Below are positions 35,901 to 49,250 of a DNA stretch of 64,000 bases, piece after piece. Below the pieces are notes generated by a model. The model searched no databases and was not told the DNA's origin. It saw only the letters and a program-made list of their open reading frames with translations. Made by a program: the position numbers and the translations under genes. Within the stretch, counting starts at the first letter, position 1. Each line of letters starts with the position of its first letter. Source of the DNA: Atractiella rhizophila (lineage: Eukaryota); NCBI GenBank assembly GCA_021432655.1, contig MU271262.1:1-64000 (forward strand). The letters run 5' to 3'.

Positions 35901-36047
35901 TTTATTCCTCTCTCGGTCTAAGAATAGCGACGCGGAGCAATGGCTTGATAAAAGGCTGGCGCTAGCAGGCTGGCGTGGTTTTATTCGACCGATCCCAATC
36001 CACTCTGCCAGAGAGGCTGTCGTGGTGATTCTTCAAGGCGTTCCACG

Positions 36048-38310
36048 ATGTCGATGAAGGTGTTTGTTCTTTGTGCTCTCACTCTCGCTGGAGGGGCTTT
36101 CGCATCTCCCTTCGCTGAGAAACGGCAGGCTGCAAAGGCCACTTTCACCGTCTTCCCTGCTGCTGGGAGTACGTGTTCTCCTGTCTTCGTCCTTCCTGAC
36201 AGGCCCAGACGGGAGTGCTAACCGCCGCCAATGAAAACAACTAGCATCAGCATCCCCTGACCTCTTTCCCGACGAAAGCCAAGTCGGGTACCCAGGTCCC
36301 ACCGCGACTGGTGCAGAGCCTTTGGCCATCGCGACGGCGCCAGCCTACGCGGGGAATGGCGCTCAATTCTTCCCTCTTGTCGCTGCCGGGAAGGGAGGAA
36401 ACGCGACAGCGAGTGGAAATCCTGCAACGACGAACACTTGGAACATTTTCAAGAAGTGGGGTAACCTCAGTCCGTGGTATACCGTCCCTTCTGCATTTTA
36501 CGGATTGGACGACACGAGCCCTATCATTCCGAAGGGATGTGAGATTCAGCAAGTTGTACGGTTTTCTCAATTTTTTCTGATCATGGAGACTGAGAGGACA
36601 ATAGCATATACTGTACAGACATGGCGCACGTTATCCTACTTCGGGTAGATAGACTTCCTTCTATCCGCTACCCCATTCTGAAATCTGCGCACCAGGTTCA
36701 CTTCCCTCCAGTTTCGCGTCGAAAGTTGCGAATACCTCCTTCACCGCAACTGGGGGGCTCTCCTTCCTCAACAACTGGACCTACGCGCTCGGTGCAGAAT
36801 TGCTCACACCTTTCGGCAGGCTCCAAAACTTCGAGCTCGGTGTTGGGTTCAGGCAGATGTACGGTGGTCTCCTCGATAAGTTCGTCGAGCAAGGAACCAT
36901 TCCTGTCTTCAGAACTGAGAGCCAGGATCGGATGGTGGGTTCTCTGAGCCTCACAAATTTGAAGCTAGAGGAGCTCAAATCTCCTTGACGCAGGTCAAGA
37001 CAGCCCAGAATTTCGCTGCTGGCTTCTTCGGTGTCCCTGAGTTCTTGGAGCAGGTTGGTCTCTCCTCCTTCGATTCGACATTCAGCAGGGCGGGTAAATA
37101 GAAGCGCTAAATAGTTGGTGATTCCTGGTACAGGTCAACATCGAGATAGTTGTGGAGACTCCAGGATTAAATAACACTGGAGCGCCATACGAAACTTGTA
37201 CTAATTCCAACGTCGCTTCTCGAGGGTCTATAGGTAGTTCAATTGCCGCTAACTACTCCAAAATCGCCTTCGCTTCTACCGTCGAGCGCTTACAAGCTCA
37301 GGTTCATGGTCTGAACCTCACCGCTACCGATGTTGTTTCGATGCTCCAACTGTGCTCGTACGAGACGGATGCACTTGGTTACTCTCCCTTCTGCGGGCTA
37401 TTCGATGAGGACGAATTCGAGAAATACGAATAGTTCGCGCACTCTCCTCAACTCGGAGTCATGCTGATGACGAATGGGATAGCTATTACGACCTCTCCTT
37501 CTACTACAACAACGGGTTCGGATCCCCTGTCGCCGCTGCTCAAGGCAAAGGATACCTTGAGGAATTCGTAGCCCGTTTTCAGATGCACAAGCTAGATGCC
37601 TACAACTCCACCACGAACCAAACCTTTGACGACAATCCGGTCTATTTCCCCCTCAACCAGTCCATCTACGCAGATGCCACGCACGAAGTCGTCGTGCTCG
37701 ATACCCTGACAGCGCTCAACCTCACCGCACTCGGCGCTTCTGGTGCGTCTGTTTCATAACACTCAAAGTGTTGAATATTAGATATCGATGCGTTGACGAT
37801 AGGTCCCTTGCCCACAACTCAGCGACCCAGTCATCAGTCCTTTGTCGCCTCTCAAACCGTTCCCTTCGCCACACACCTCGTCATCCAGGTGCTCAACTGC
37901 CCTGCACGGGAGACGCCAAAGCAAATACGTTTTATCCTGTGCGACTTCTCCTCTTCGCTCCCACAGAATTCTGAGGCTTTCCTTATTGTGACAGGAATGA
38001 TGCTGTCCTGCCGATAGATAAGTCATACCCTGGGTGCCAGTCCGACAAAGATGGTCTCTGCGCCTTTGACACCGTCCTTCATGCGCTAGAGCAGAGGGTG
38101 CAGGAGATTGACTTTGACTATGACTGCTTCGCCAACTAGTATGTTCCCGTCAAACCCACCCACATTGCTATCTTACGGAGATTGCAATAGCACGGCCACT
38201 CCAGGTGTCGATTACAACGGACGTGAGCATCTCTATCATCCTTTCGTGGCCTCGTTGCTGAGAAGCTACTAGGGGCACCGCGCAATGCTAACACTACCAT
38301 CATTGCCTAA
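36048..38310 (+). CDS. Secreted histidine acid phosphatase / phytase
   Basis: Signal peptide, WGNLSPW, RHGARYPT, CSYETDALGYSPFC, YADATHEV, VPFAT. Multi-exon. Confidence 0.92.
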
Positions 38311-38549
38311 AAGAGCTTTTGGAGGTGTTTACCTCAGCATAAACATTCATGATACCATGCGACATAGAGTAATAAATGTTTAATTATTGACCATTTATTG
38401 CTGTCTCTTTGAGTTCGAGTCTGCCTCATTACGGGTTATTGCTGTGGGAGTTCAAGTTTAGTGTGACAGATGCGAACGATGAGCATACAGTTTCCCTATT
38501 GTGACATTGATAATAATTAGAAGAGCAACATGCTACTATAAGCCCTAGT

Positions 38550-41082
38550 ATCAAACAAAATCCCTTCTCGTTGTTCCCACAAATCTCAAGAAATTTGTTC
38601 TAGCTCTGTATTTCTCTCCTGCCATCTATTGAAGCCTAAGTCTCCGCTTACATTGAAACAACAAGAGAAAGGGGTACTCACCAGACCTTCTGCCTCCAAC
38701 TCCATCTCCTCCTTCAGGGACTCTTTCGAGTTACCATACAAAAACAATCTAGTCAACTGCCTTTCGGAAAGCGGATGTTCTCTCCAGGCGACGCTCTGCT
38801 TGGTGGGGGTGTCCGCGCCAGAGTATGGATGAGATTGGAAGTACTTCGATTCCAAGAAAGCAGTGTCCACAGGACTTCGAGATAGAGGTGAAGGAGACGA
38901 AGCCACTGAGACAGGGGTCTTCGATCGCCGTTGAACGATCGGGATGCCTCCTACCTCTCCTGTTCCTGAGGCTAGCTCTTTGTCAAAGAGATATCCGAGA
39001 TGCACGATCACAAGTTCTCGAACTTCGATGGGAAGGCGGACGAAAGGAAAATAGGTGAGCTTGTCGTTGGAGGACAGCACTGGTGTATGAGACGAGGCAA
39101 GAGAAGGCGTTGACGAGCCGCTGGAATGTAAAATCTGTGGGTGTTCCAAAGGTTTCCCAGAATGAATGGTCTGAACCAGAACCTCGCGCATCTTGTCATC
39201 GAAGATCTTTTCGCGCATCGGATTCCTCAATGTTCTGACATAAGGTAGAAGCTTGAGTGAGACGGCCCTTATCCGTGCATTCGACGACTGGTTGTTCCGA
39301 AGCGCCTCTGCGAGTTTCTCCTTCCACTTCCCTTTGTATTCATCAATCAACCCCTCCTCTTCATCATGCGGCTCAAACTTCCATCCAAAGACACGAGTAT
39401 CGAAGGCACGCTCTCCATTCTCCCGTCGTAATCGCATGTCCTCTTCTGTCAGGCGGCGAGTTGCCTCATCGTCATTAATCCCATTATCACTGACCTTGAT
39501 TTCATCACTAGCGTTGAGTTCAAGTCTTTCCAATCCACCTTCTCTTTCCACAACCGACCGCACAATGCAACGAACGCCATACTCTCCAAAGTTGTTGCCG
39601 TTCAAATAAAGTTCCGTGAGAGAGAAAGAGCGAGGTGAAGAGAGAAAAGAAGCGAGATCTCGAGCAAAGGACGGCGGCAGAGAGAGGGCGGAGAGATGCA
39701 GAGAGGTGAGGTTTGAGGTCCACTGATGGTTGGTCGAGAATGGGGAGGTGTCGAGATGCTCAAAAAAGGTTTGGAGATGTGGCACACTGACGGTGTTCGT
39801 ATTGAGGGAAAGAAAAGCGAGAGGGCTGCGCGGGTTAGATAATGTATCGCCTAGGTAGGAGGCTAAGGCGATTGGACCGCTGAGGGTAGCGATGTAGCTG
39901 CTCAAGGATATGTCATTGCTTCCGAGGAGAAGCTTGGTCAAGAAGCTGCGCGGCTTTGGAGCTGGTTCAAGGTGGACTCCTCTTGCTTCCACCGCGTCTC
40001 GTTTAGAGTGAGCATCAAGAAGGATCGAAACGACCTCAAATAGACCATTATCCGTTACTGAGTTAGATGCTGAAGAGGACGAAAGTCAATGATAATCCAT
40101 ATGCGGGTTGTAGAGGGACAGAAGATAATTGTATAATTTGACGAAGTCAACAGAACAGTTTGTATGCAGTTTGTATGCATTGTCATCCTCTATCAAGCTT
40201 TTATACCTTATTCACAGAAGATCAACGAGCAGACCGAGTATGTTACCCGGTGTAGTCAATCTCCCAAGAAAATAAGGAACATAAAGTGTATATCTGTTCT
40301 GAGGACTTCGAATAAGAATCAACCTAACCCTTGGTTACTCTTATCCTTCTGACATATTTCAGTAATACATCAAGTACAAAAGATTGTTAGTTTCACAAAA
40401 TGATGAGGAGAGTAGGTACAGAGAGGAAACTCGGTTCATGGCAAGCACAAACGTTTCGTTATTGAATTTGAGTGCTGTTACTTGTGGTAAGTCAAGTGGA
40501 CCATTAACTGTTCGCACTTATGACATGCCACTATGGACGGACGGATAGTTGTGCTATGCATTTAAGAGTGCATAAATGGAACCTGGGTAATTTTACTACC
40601 TATGAGCGGCTTCATCTCAATGACTATATCGTTCACCCTCATTCTTCGGTGTGGAAGCAGCACTCTCGCCGAACCCATCCTCCTCAACAATTGCATTGAG
40701 GAACCAGCATAAACTTGACATCCCTTTATTTCAGAAGAACACACTGACCAAGATTGATCTCCCTAATCCCGCTACCCCTGCCACCCTCGATTAATCCCCT
40801 GCTCAGTCTCCGAGTCCCATCGTCTCCAAGCCTGTTACGGCTCACGACGAGCTCAACGACACCCTTGGTACCCTCCAGCTGTCTCAGCACCTCATTCGCC
40901 CCCTTCGCACCGACCAAACCGGCCGCATGGAATCCGAGAGATTTAGATACTCGAGGATCTGTCTCGTAGGCATAGGAGGAAGATGATGACTCTTGTTCTT
41001 GGGATGCTGAGACAGAGCGGAAGTAGTCGAGGATTGTTTGAGGCTGAGGGCTGCGGAAGAGGGTGTCGAAGAGATTGTCCAT
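38550..41082 (-). CDS. RNI-like leucine-rich repeat protein
   Basis: LxxNxLGDDG-type repeats in exon 1 (41082-40749) and exon 2 (from 40069), joined in frame across a 679-nt intron. The 3' end is approximate. Confidence 0.75.
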
Positions 41083-41490
41083 TGGTAACTAGGCATTCGC
41101 AGTGATAGCGATAGATAGACGGACCTGACTGACCCGATGACGTCAGCTTACTCTTCTCGATCATCAAGAATGGCATCCACTTTTCGAGAGACCTGCTTTA
41201 TTATTATTCCTTGAACGTTCATTCTCAATCGATCACGTTCAAAGTCAAGTCCTGTGCTGGGCTTTAACGTGCCACCACAGACTGATGCGATAGCAAGAAC
41301 AGAAGTTCCTAAAGTAGGGGAGAAACATGATTTTATTATCGTCGATGTTGACAAAGTGTTGTACAATTCATCCCATCGTTAACGATTAATCAAACCAAAA
41401 ATTAAGGATTGAAAGCATCCAAGCATTGTTCTCACTTTTAATAAACCGAAACCAAGGAGTCCGTTTCTCCCACATGTACTAACGAAGGTA

Positions 41491-44400
41491 TTACTTTCCA
41501 AGTGGTTTAACAGCCACCATGCCCATTCCCAAATCCGCAGCGCTCAACCTCTTCTTCGCCCTCTTCTCAACTCTCCCGTGGTGGTGCGAGTGGAGCGACC
41601 TCTTCTCGAATCCTTTATGAGACACGTTGAGCGACCTCTTCTTTCCAGGCTCGGTGAGGTAGAGATCGGCGGAGTCAACGCTGGAGCACAAGGCTTCGTT
41701 GGCCGCAGGAATGGTGAGAGCGGCGATGTCGTCTGGTCGGGAGACGATGGCCCTGTTGTTTCCAATCTTGTCAGCTTTGAAAGGTGTGGAAGAAGGCACG
41801 AGGGCTTACGCTAGGAAACCGGATGCTAGATGCCAACTGATTCGAGGTATTAGTTGAGGTGGATATTTGAGAAGATGTGTACTCACGCAATGTGACAGTG
41901 AACCTATGAGCAAGTGAGTTAATTTGAACGGTAAGGGAAGAGATCACTTACCACCCAAACACCGGGGTTATCGTTGGTGAACCTCAGGATCGCGTATCCT
42001 CTTCAACGTTCCTTGAGAAAAGGTTCTGACAAAGCAAAATGGGCTTACCCTCCGGGGATGACAACTGTGTCTCTTCTCACGGGATTCGTGGTGTTGAAAT
42101 CCAAGTTCGCAGCATCATCCAGTGAGAGTTCACCGGTTCCCCTGGCTACTACAAAGAAGGTGTAACCGTGCAAATGGTAGGCTAGGCTCGATATTAGCAC
42201 ACGTTCCTGAGTCTTGGACTGGGGAGCATACGATGATCGAGTCCAGCATCCTTCGGATCCACAAATCAGTTAAAGCGAAAAAGGGGAAAGGTGAGGACGA
42301 ACGAGATTGTTGATCTACATAGAATATCATTAGACAGTACCCTCGTAATAATTAGTATGAAAACGGACCAAAATGTCGCCGACCCAGTACTCATCTTCAA
42401 AAGTGGCCGTGGTCACTGCGCTCGCGTTGGGGGTTCCGCCAGCGTTGACAGTAGCGAGGATAGGCTGGTTAACGTAGTTGGCTGGTAGCTTCATGAGTTC
42501 GTTAGTCTGATAGTGATGGACGACATACTGTAGGTCGCTGCAAACAGGTAAGGCATCAGAGACAGGCTACTAATAGAATAGAAAACGTACTGTCGTTAAC
42601 GAAGAACCTGAAGTACGACTCTCCGGACACGGAAAGCACACCGAAAGCAGAGTCAAAGGCAACCCTTTTCCCAACTTCAGTCGGTGCGTCCTTGGTCACG
42701 ATGGGGACCAAATCAGAGTCGTCCAAGTCGACACATTCATCTGGAAGCGCATCAGTCCAGTCGGAAGAGGTGATATTCGTCAAGTTAGCTGTCCCACGGC
42801 CTTCTTGAATGGCTAGGATACCGAAAGCGGTCGTGTTGAGAGTGGGATCGACGTAAGCGAAGCAGTCGGTGTTCTTTGTCCGCTCGTGAGCACAAGTGAA
42901 GAGGGACGTAAGGTATTGAAACATACCATTTCTGCGCGCATGTAAAAGCCAGTTCCATTGGTGTCCGAGCTAGTATCGACGATGCTATAGAATGACATTC
43001 TGTGAGTATAAAGAGGACAAAAATAATGAAAGAAACCGACACAGAATAGCGTTGGCCATTGTGGATGGGTACGCGGTGGACAGCATCTGCTCCAGAGACG
43101 GGAGTAGAATCGGCTTCGGTGACATTGAGCGTATGTTCATCGATGGAAAAGTAAAATTGAGCGTGACTTCCGGAGTTGATAAGACGTAGACGATACTTGG
43201 TGGATGGGTTGATCGAAAAGACCGGGTAGGAATCAGGCGTTGTACAGTTGCCACTGGTGTCATCGACCAAGCTGTCATCAATGAGGGAGCAGTTGTAGAT
43301 TCCTATATCCAGTATTAACCCTGCTCAGATTTATGTGAAGGGACGCACCTTGACCGTTCAGGAGAGCTGATTGAGGCGAAGGAGCCGCAACGGAGCCTTG
43401 ATAGCCAGAGTCGAGGAGCTGTGGGATGTAGTGATCAGTGGTCAATTGATAGTGAGGGGGAGAACATACTTCGGTGACAATAGTAGATGCTTCGTCGTGG
43501 TACCAATCCGTCATCATAATTACCTGGTGTCAGGTATTAACGCTTGATCTCCCCTCGCAAGATAACCATACCTCTTCTACATCGAAATCAACGTCGCGTT
43601 TCAGCGGATCGTCCGGAGAATGGACGATGAGCGGCCCTTGCAGACCATCCGTATATTGGACAGCAGAATGCGAATGGTACCTAATGAGGACACTAAATAT
43701 CTTGATGTGGAATCGACAAAGGGCTCACCAATACGTCCCATAGTCTTGAGCAACAAATTCGTAGACGAAAGTCCCATTCGAGGAGTCGTCAGCAGCTGCG
43801 ATAGGACACTACGTGAAATTTTGTCAGCACAATACAATGAGAAAAGATGAGAAAGCACTTGGGTCATTCCAGGTACTCCGTCCATCCATGGAGTTGAATT
43901 CTGATACATCCCGTGCCTAGCCAACAATTAGACATACTTAAAACAAAGAGTCACAAATTTACCAATGAACGCTGGTGCTGGAGGACAAGGTGTTGGTGAT
44001 ATTCACTAGTGGGCACAACGTCAACCACGCTCTGCGCCAATACTCGAGTCTCACCAATGATAGTGTCTCCCACGTTCGCTAAAATGTTCTGTTAGGAATA
44101 CCCAGCACCAAAACATGCTTTGCTCACCTTCAATCAGCGGTCCCGGGGTCAAGCCATTGATTGTGATCAGGGTCCTGGTATAGCCATCTGGAGCAGCCGT
44201 TTGTGCTCTGTCGAGAATCGTCAACTCAACATCTGATGAAAGAGGAAGAAGTGGAGATGGCGCACGCAATCAACCAATCGTAACTCCTCGTAGCCTTCAA
44301 TTCGAGAATAAGCAACTGCTCTCATTATTTGCAGAAGGACCGAAGTTGACATACAGGAGTATCAGTGATCTCGAACGATGAATTCAGGCGATATTGTTGT

Positions 44401-44603
44401 CCTTTCGGAGTCAAACCAGCCCCTGGACCTAGTGGGTCACCGATAGGGGCGGCAGTCGGGATAGGTATATCGCTTGATTGAGTGACAGTAGTGACGGGGT
44501 CATAGGATGCCGTCCTTCGTAAGTGCTCGTGTTCATGTTGAGATGGACCGGCCAGGCTCAATGGGAGCAGAGACAGTAGCGAGAAGGCGACAACAGAGCG
44601 CAT
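41491..44603 (-). CDS. Multicopper oxidase / laccase-like
   Basis: Signal peptide. Copper-binding motifs HWHG...DGVPGMTQC, WYHSH..QYTDG..GP, HPFHLHG, and HCHIAWHLASGF across many introns. Confidence 0.93.
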
Positions 44604-45881
44604 GGCTATCGGCGTGTGGTGAAGTGCAGCGATGGTGCTAAAGATTGAGAATGTTTAAAAGTATGATAAGAAGATATCGAATCGTTGAATCCTCCTGGGG
44701 TGTGTGTTGTCCTAGCCATAATCCCTCGACGTGCTTTTATAGCTCGAGCTTTGGGCTTCCCGTTATACAGGGATCAATACTCTCATCAGCTCATAATGCG
44801 CGCTTAACGCTACCGTGACATCGAGAGCATACTCCTATGAACCCATTCAACTACAGCAGTAAGTGAGATGGTAGGTTGGTTATGACCGCAGTCCTTGTTG
44901 TCACTGCGCGGACTGAGTTAGCCACAATCAACCGGCTTTTCGACTTTAGCGGACAAGCGCAGGTACTTCGCATGCACTCTTTCTTGCTGAGATGCCATAA
45001 GTACCTAACTAGAGAGTGAAACGATACAACAAAAGAGGCAACAAAATAGAACAGGACGAGCGTGACTGTTGTTAACAACTCTACAAAGTCTGTATGTGTG
45101 AGCATCGTGGCTGCGAGGATGCTCACGTCTTTGAGCACAGTCGTCCTCTTAGAAACATTAGGTGGTTTTACGAATAAGTATAACGGATGGGAGAAACCGC
45201 AGAAGAACGAGGGGAGGCGCGCAGGGCAGAACAGACTTGATCCGTCATTAGAACAACCTGCGCAGACTTTGCAAGTCTAATAGTTCGAGCAAGAAGACGG
45301 GATTGCAAATCGCAGAAAGCACCTCAGAAAGGTCGGAGAGTCTTCAAACTCCCACTCTTCGACGACGCATTTATCCTATTACATACCCCCTTCGGTCAAC
45401 GAAGAGAAGGATCGCCATGTGCAGAGCCCAGAACTCCTTCGGTGAGTAGAAGGGTACAAAAATATTCATAGAAGGCTTGCAAAGACGAAGAGCTGTCAAG
45501 TCGAGAACTGCAAATTTCACGTTCCTGAGAGAAGTGACCAACTCGCTCAACTGCTATAACGGTATGTACTTGTGGAATCCCATCTGCTTTGAAAGGTCCA
45601 TCCCTACAAGAAGGATTCGAACAAGGCTAAATAGGAAATACTGCTGAATAAATGTTCGAGCTCTTCATATTGAAAGGAAAGAGCGTCCGCACCCGGGCAG
45701 CGCATACGCTGGCGGAATGTCAGGATGATGGGAGAGAACGACCATTGTATTCTATCGTCATTGCTTTGAAGCCTTGCATTCTGTCTTCCCAAGAATTTGT
45801 TTTGCACTGTGCCTCTGTATCTTCACCTCAAAGATGCCTCTTATGGCAAACATTTCAACAAGACTCGTCAGCCACCACAGT

Positions 45882-46431
45882 TTAATATCTCGGTCTCCTG
45901 AAGAGCAGGACATGAGGCTCGGGCACGTGGACTTCGAACTATTGCCCCTTCCATGAGCGATTGGTCTTCAATCGAAGGTGAGAAGCAAGAGTGGAGATAA
46001 AGAGAGACATATAAGACACTCACATGTTCCCATCCTGGACTCTGGCAAATCCCCAACCCCCTCCATTCGTCCTCTTTCAGCAATCTAAATACTACCTTTC
46101 CCTCATCCGCGTCTTTCATAAACAAATGGGGAGAGAGGATTTTCAGCATTTGTTTGGGGAGGATAACCTACTCGTGCCGTCGAGGGATTCCTTGTCAGCA
46201 TCTCCACATAAGGATTGGATAGGAGCAACGTACGTGACGATATTCGTACTCGTCATCTACGTATCGAGTGGAGTAGTAAATCTTGTTAGGAGAGTCCTCA
46301 TCTATCCCCATATTTGGTTTCATGAACTCGAAGAATGAAGATAAGAAAGGATGGATGGAAATGGACGCACATATCTTCCAATCCTTGTCGCTCATATTCG
46401 TTTTTAGGTAAGAGTGCTCAATAACTGCCAT
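45882..46431 (-). CDS. CKS1: Cyclin-dependent kinase regulatory subunit (Cks1/Suc1 family)
   Basis: IYYSTRYVDDEYEYRHV-ILPK...[37 protein letters not shown]. Confidence 0.92.
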
Positions 46432-47614
46432 ACTTGAGGTCCAACGAGGTTGGTTTCTCGACGTTTCAGCAGAAGTGGTCGGCCAATGGTGAAAGGGCAA
46501 AGGTAGGGATGGATAGCAGTAGAAGACGACCCCTTACCAGCTTCCCTTCCCGCTCTTTGCTGCGCTCTTGGTGGGAACAGTGGGAAATAAAATGCGCCAC
46601 CTTCCCGAAACCTCAGACGGATCTACGGATGAACATAGCCTGAGGACTTTTGTCGACCTGTTGGTGGAAGGCGGTTCTGGTCAGTGTGCCGGAACACATT
46701 AGTAGCATCAGCTCCAAAATCACAACCCGCTGAGCAAACTCGAAGCGGTGCCTGAGGGACAGAAGCTCATCTCCCGTTGGACAGTGGCATCGGAGAGTGC
46801 TTAGGTAGTCGTTGGATTCTCCGACCAGTAAGCAATTCATTTGTAAATCTTGACTTGTTTGACAGCTTGACAGGAACACACCGAATGTTTCAATCGATAC
46901 AGTAAGTGATGAAGGAAGAAGCTGAAGGTGGCAGCAGTTGCACGGGGGAAGGTAGAGCAGGTGCAATTAGATACAATCTATTGCCGCCCTGTTACCGTTA
47001 TTGATCAATCCATAACGAGTTCTGGGGTTCCTTGATTTGGTTCATAGATCGATCCGCGAGAAGGACAGCAAAGTGGATGGAAGCGATTGCCTTGACTGGC
47101 AGCGCGACAGAGGAACAGGTAGAAGGGAGTAACATCAAAAGAAATTCTCGAAACATGAGGTGTTGAACTACGGAGCCTCAAGTTAGGGCAAGCCGGAGTG
47201 AGCTCGCTGGGAATAAGGATGCAGTCAAGCTCAAAGTCACATTTGTGAACCTGACAGATTTGTTAAATTTGAGGCGACGATTTGTGGTCCCTGGCCATCA
47301 ACTGCCTTCATAAAGACATAGGCTCCTTTATTTTGTCCCAGCTGAGCAGAGCAATCCAAGCAAGTTTACTGTAAGCCCGAGGAGAAATATGCAGGTCAGC
47401 GATTTGTTCGATTGTTACATGTACGTTGGCTTCCAGCTTGCACATCCAATGAGACTCTAGCTTTTCCGTATTGTCAAAGGAACTGAAAGCTCTACAGTGT
47501 CACAGATGATCTTCTTCCATCTTCTGGGACTCTAGACCAGACGCCAGTCGACTCGACTGAGGTTCATGTCGAGAGGATTTGTAGTATGAAAGCATCTTCC
47601 ACAAACCACTATGG

Positions 47615-48565
47615 GTGACTAATGTGGCTAAAGTGCTCGACGGGATCTTCGGCTCCTGGGTGCAAGATGTTCAGCACCAGAATGTCAACGTACCCTTTCA
47701 AGCCTTTGAACCCGAAACCGACTCGTTGGAGCAAGAGTATGGACAAGCCGGACGGGTATCATCCACGGTCTCGTCTCCTCCCACTTACAACTCGTCTCCT
47801 CCTCCCACACTCCAAATGCCTAGCCCGTCCATCGTTCACACACCACCTGCACCTCCACTTCGATCCCTACCGCTCTCTACTGCCCAAAAGCGATACACGC
47901 TGCGGACATATGAGAGGGAGCGAGGCTTTGTAGAAGTTCGGAAGGCGGTGTGGGACTTCTTCGTGCGAGTTGAGAGGTCCGGGTTTTTCATCATCAGGGA
48001 GGAAGAATATGTCGAAAGTCTGCACACTTCAGAGGGTTGGAAGAACGTCAAGCTCTCTCGGGAAGACTTCCCGCAGGTATTGATGTGGAGCGGAAAGCGA
48101 GGAACGGACGACATGACGATTGTGTACCCGAATATGTACGGCAGGGATCCGTGGCTCATGGGAGTCCTTGCATATTTTGGCAATTGTCGCCTCACCAGCT
48201 TCGACCCATCTTTCATTAGAAGTGGAGAACCCGATCGCTCAGACGACATTGGAAGAGGGGGGAAGTTTAATCGACGCGCAGCCATCCGCGAGCACTTCTT
48301 AACGACATGCCAGCCGAATTGTAGGCGAAACCACAAGGGTTTTGAGACCTTGAGACAGCTCTTCGAGGCAGAAGTTAAGGTGCAAGGTGTGACAATTAGT
48401 GCGTTCAATTCCTCAACCTTCCTCGTCATGACAAGTTAACATCATGGGGAAACAGAACGCAAAAGAACTAAGGCACATCTCAGCAGAACCGTAAAGAAGA
48501 AGGCTGGGGTGAAACCGAAACATATTGCAGGAAAAAAGAAAAACCCGTCGCCCTCGAACAAATGA
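47615..48565 (+). CDS. Hypothetical protein, paralog 1 of an unrecognised family, Lys-rich C-terminus
   Basis: 274-aa ORF plus a probable terminal exon. Homologous to 54537-55043. True start uncertain. Confidence 0.6.
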
Positions 48566-49250
48566 ACCATTCCTTTCTTATTTCCCTTCCTTAACGCTAT
48601 GCATGGATTGCGTTTCTTGTCGGAGACAAAGAACTTGAACAATGCGTTGCTTTCCTTCTTTCACATATTTGGGGCATTTGCGCATTTCATTCAGGGGCAT
48701 TTATTCGTTGGATACTTCATAAATATTGATTGATCGATGTGTTGCTTGAGAGTATGCAGACGAGCTTCTAAGATAGTTCATCATTAAATTCGTTCAGAGT
48801 GCCTCTGTTATGCGTACATATCGAATACACAGATGAAGCCGATAGACCGACTCACTTGGGACCCCATAGCCACGAGGATAAACATATCCTGCTCACTCTC
48901 CCTACCCTTGTCACAACGTCACGTCTCCTCTTCTTTGTTCGTATCCAAATTTCTTGAAATACAGCACGTGACGTCTTGAAAATGCGGCAGATTGCTTCGT
49001 CCTTGTCGAATAGGACGTGATTGTTTTTCACTTCTATTGATCAGTGAACCATAACACGTAAGCACTTCTATTTGCTAACGGACTATAATGATGAGCTACA
49101 TTGAAAGGGTTGAGGGAAACTTGCGGTCTAACCTAGTAGGCATTAAGACGCCATTTCTAGCGCTCAGCGGTGAGTACCTTCGTGCTCAGCGTGTGATCTG
49201 AAGAGATTATTGAACTAGTAGATCTCCTTGCGCTTTCGCTCAATCGCAAG

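Larger units (their letters stand above)
28580..36434. repeat. ~3.9-kb tandem segmental duplication (unit 1 28580-32444, unit 2 32446-36434)
   Basis: Co-linear similarity across the WOPR 5' half, the ~3-kb intergenic region and the phytase 5' end. Junction at about 32445. Confidence 0.93.

Noticed and set aside
40323..40331. CCTAACCCT as a telomerase RNA template
   Set aside because: A 9-mer of this kind is expected by chance in 64 kb. No supporting structure was seen.
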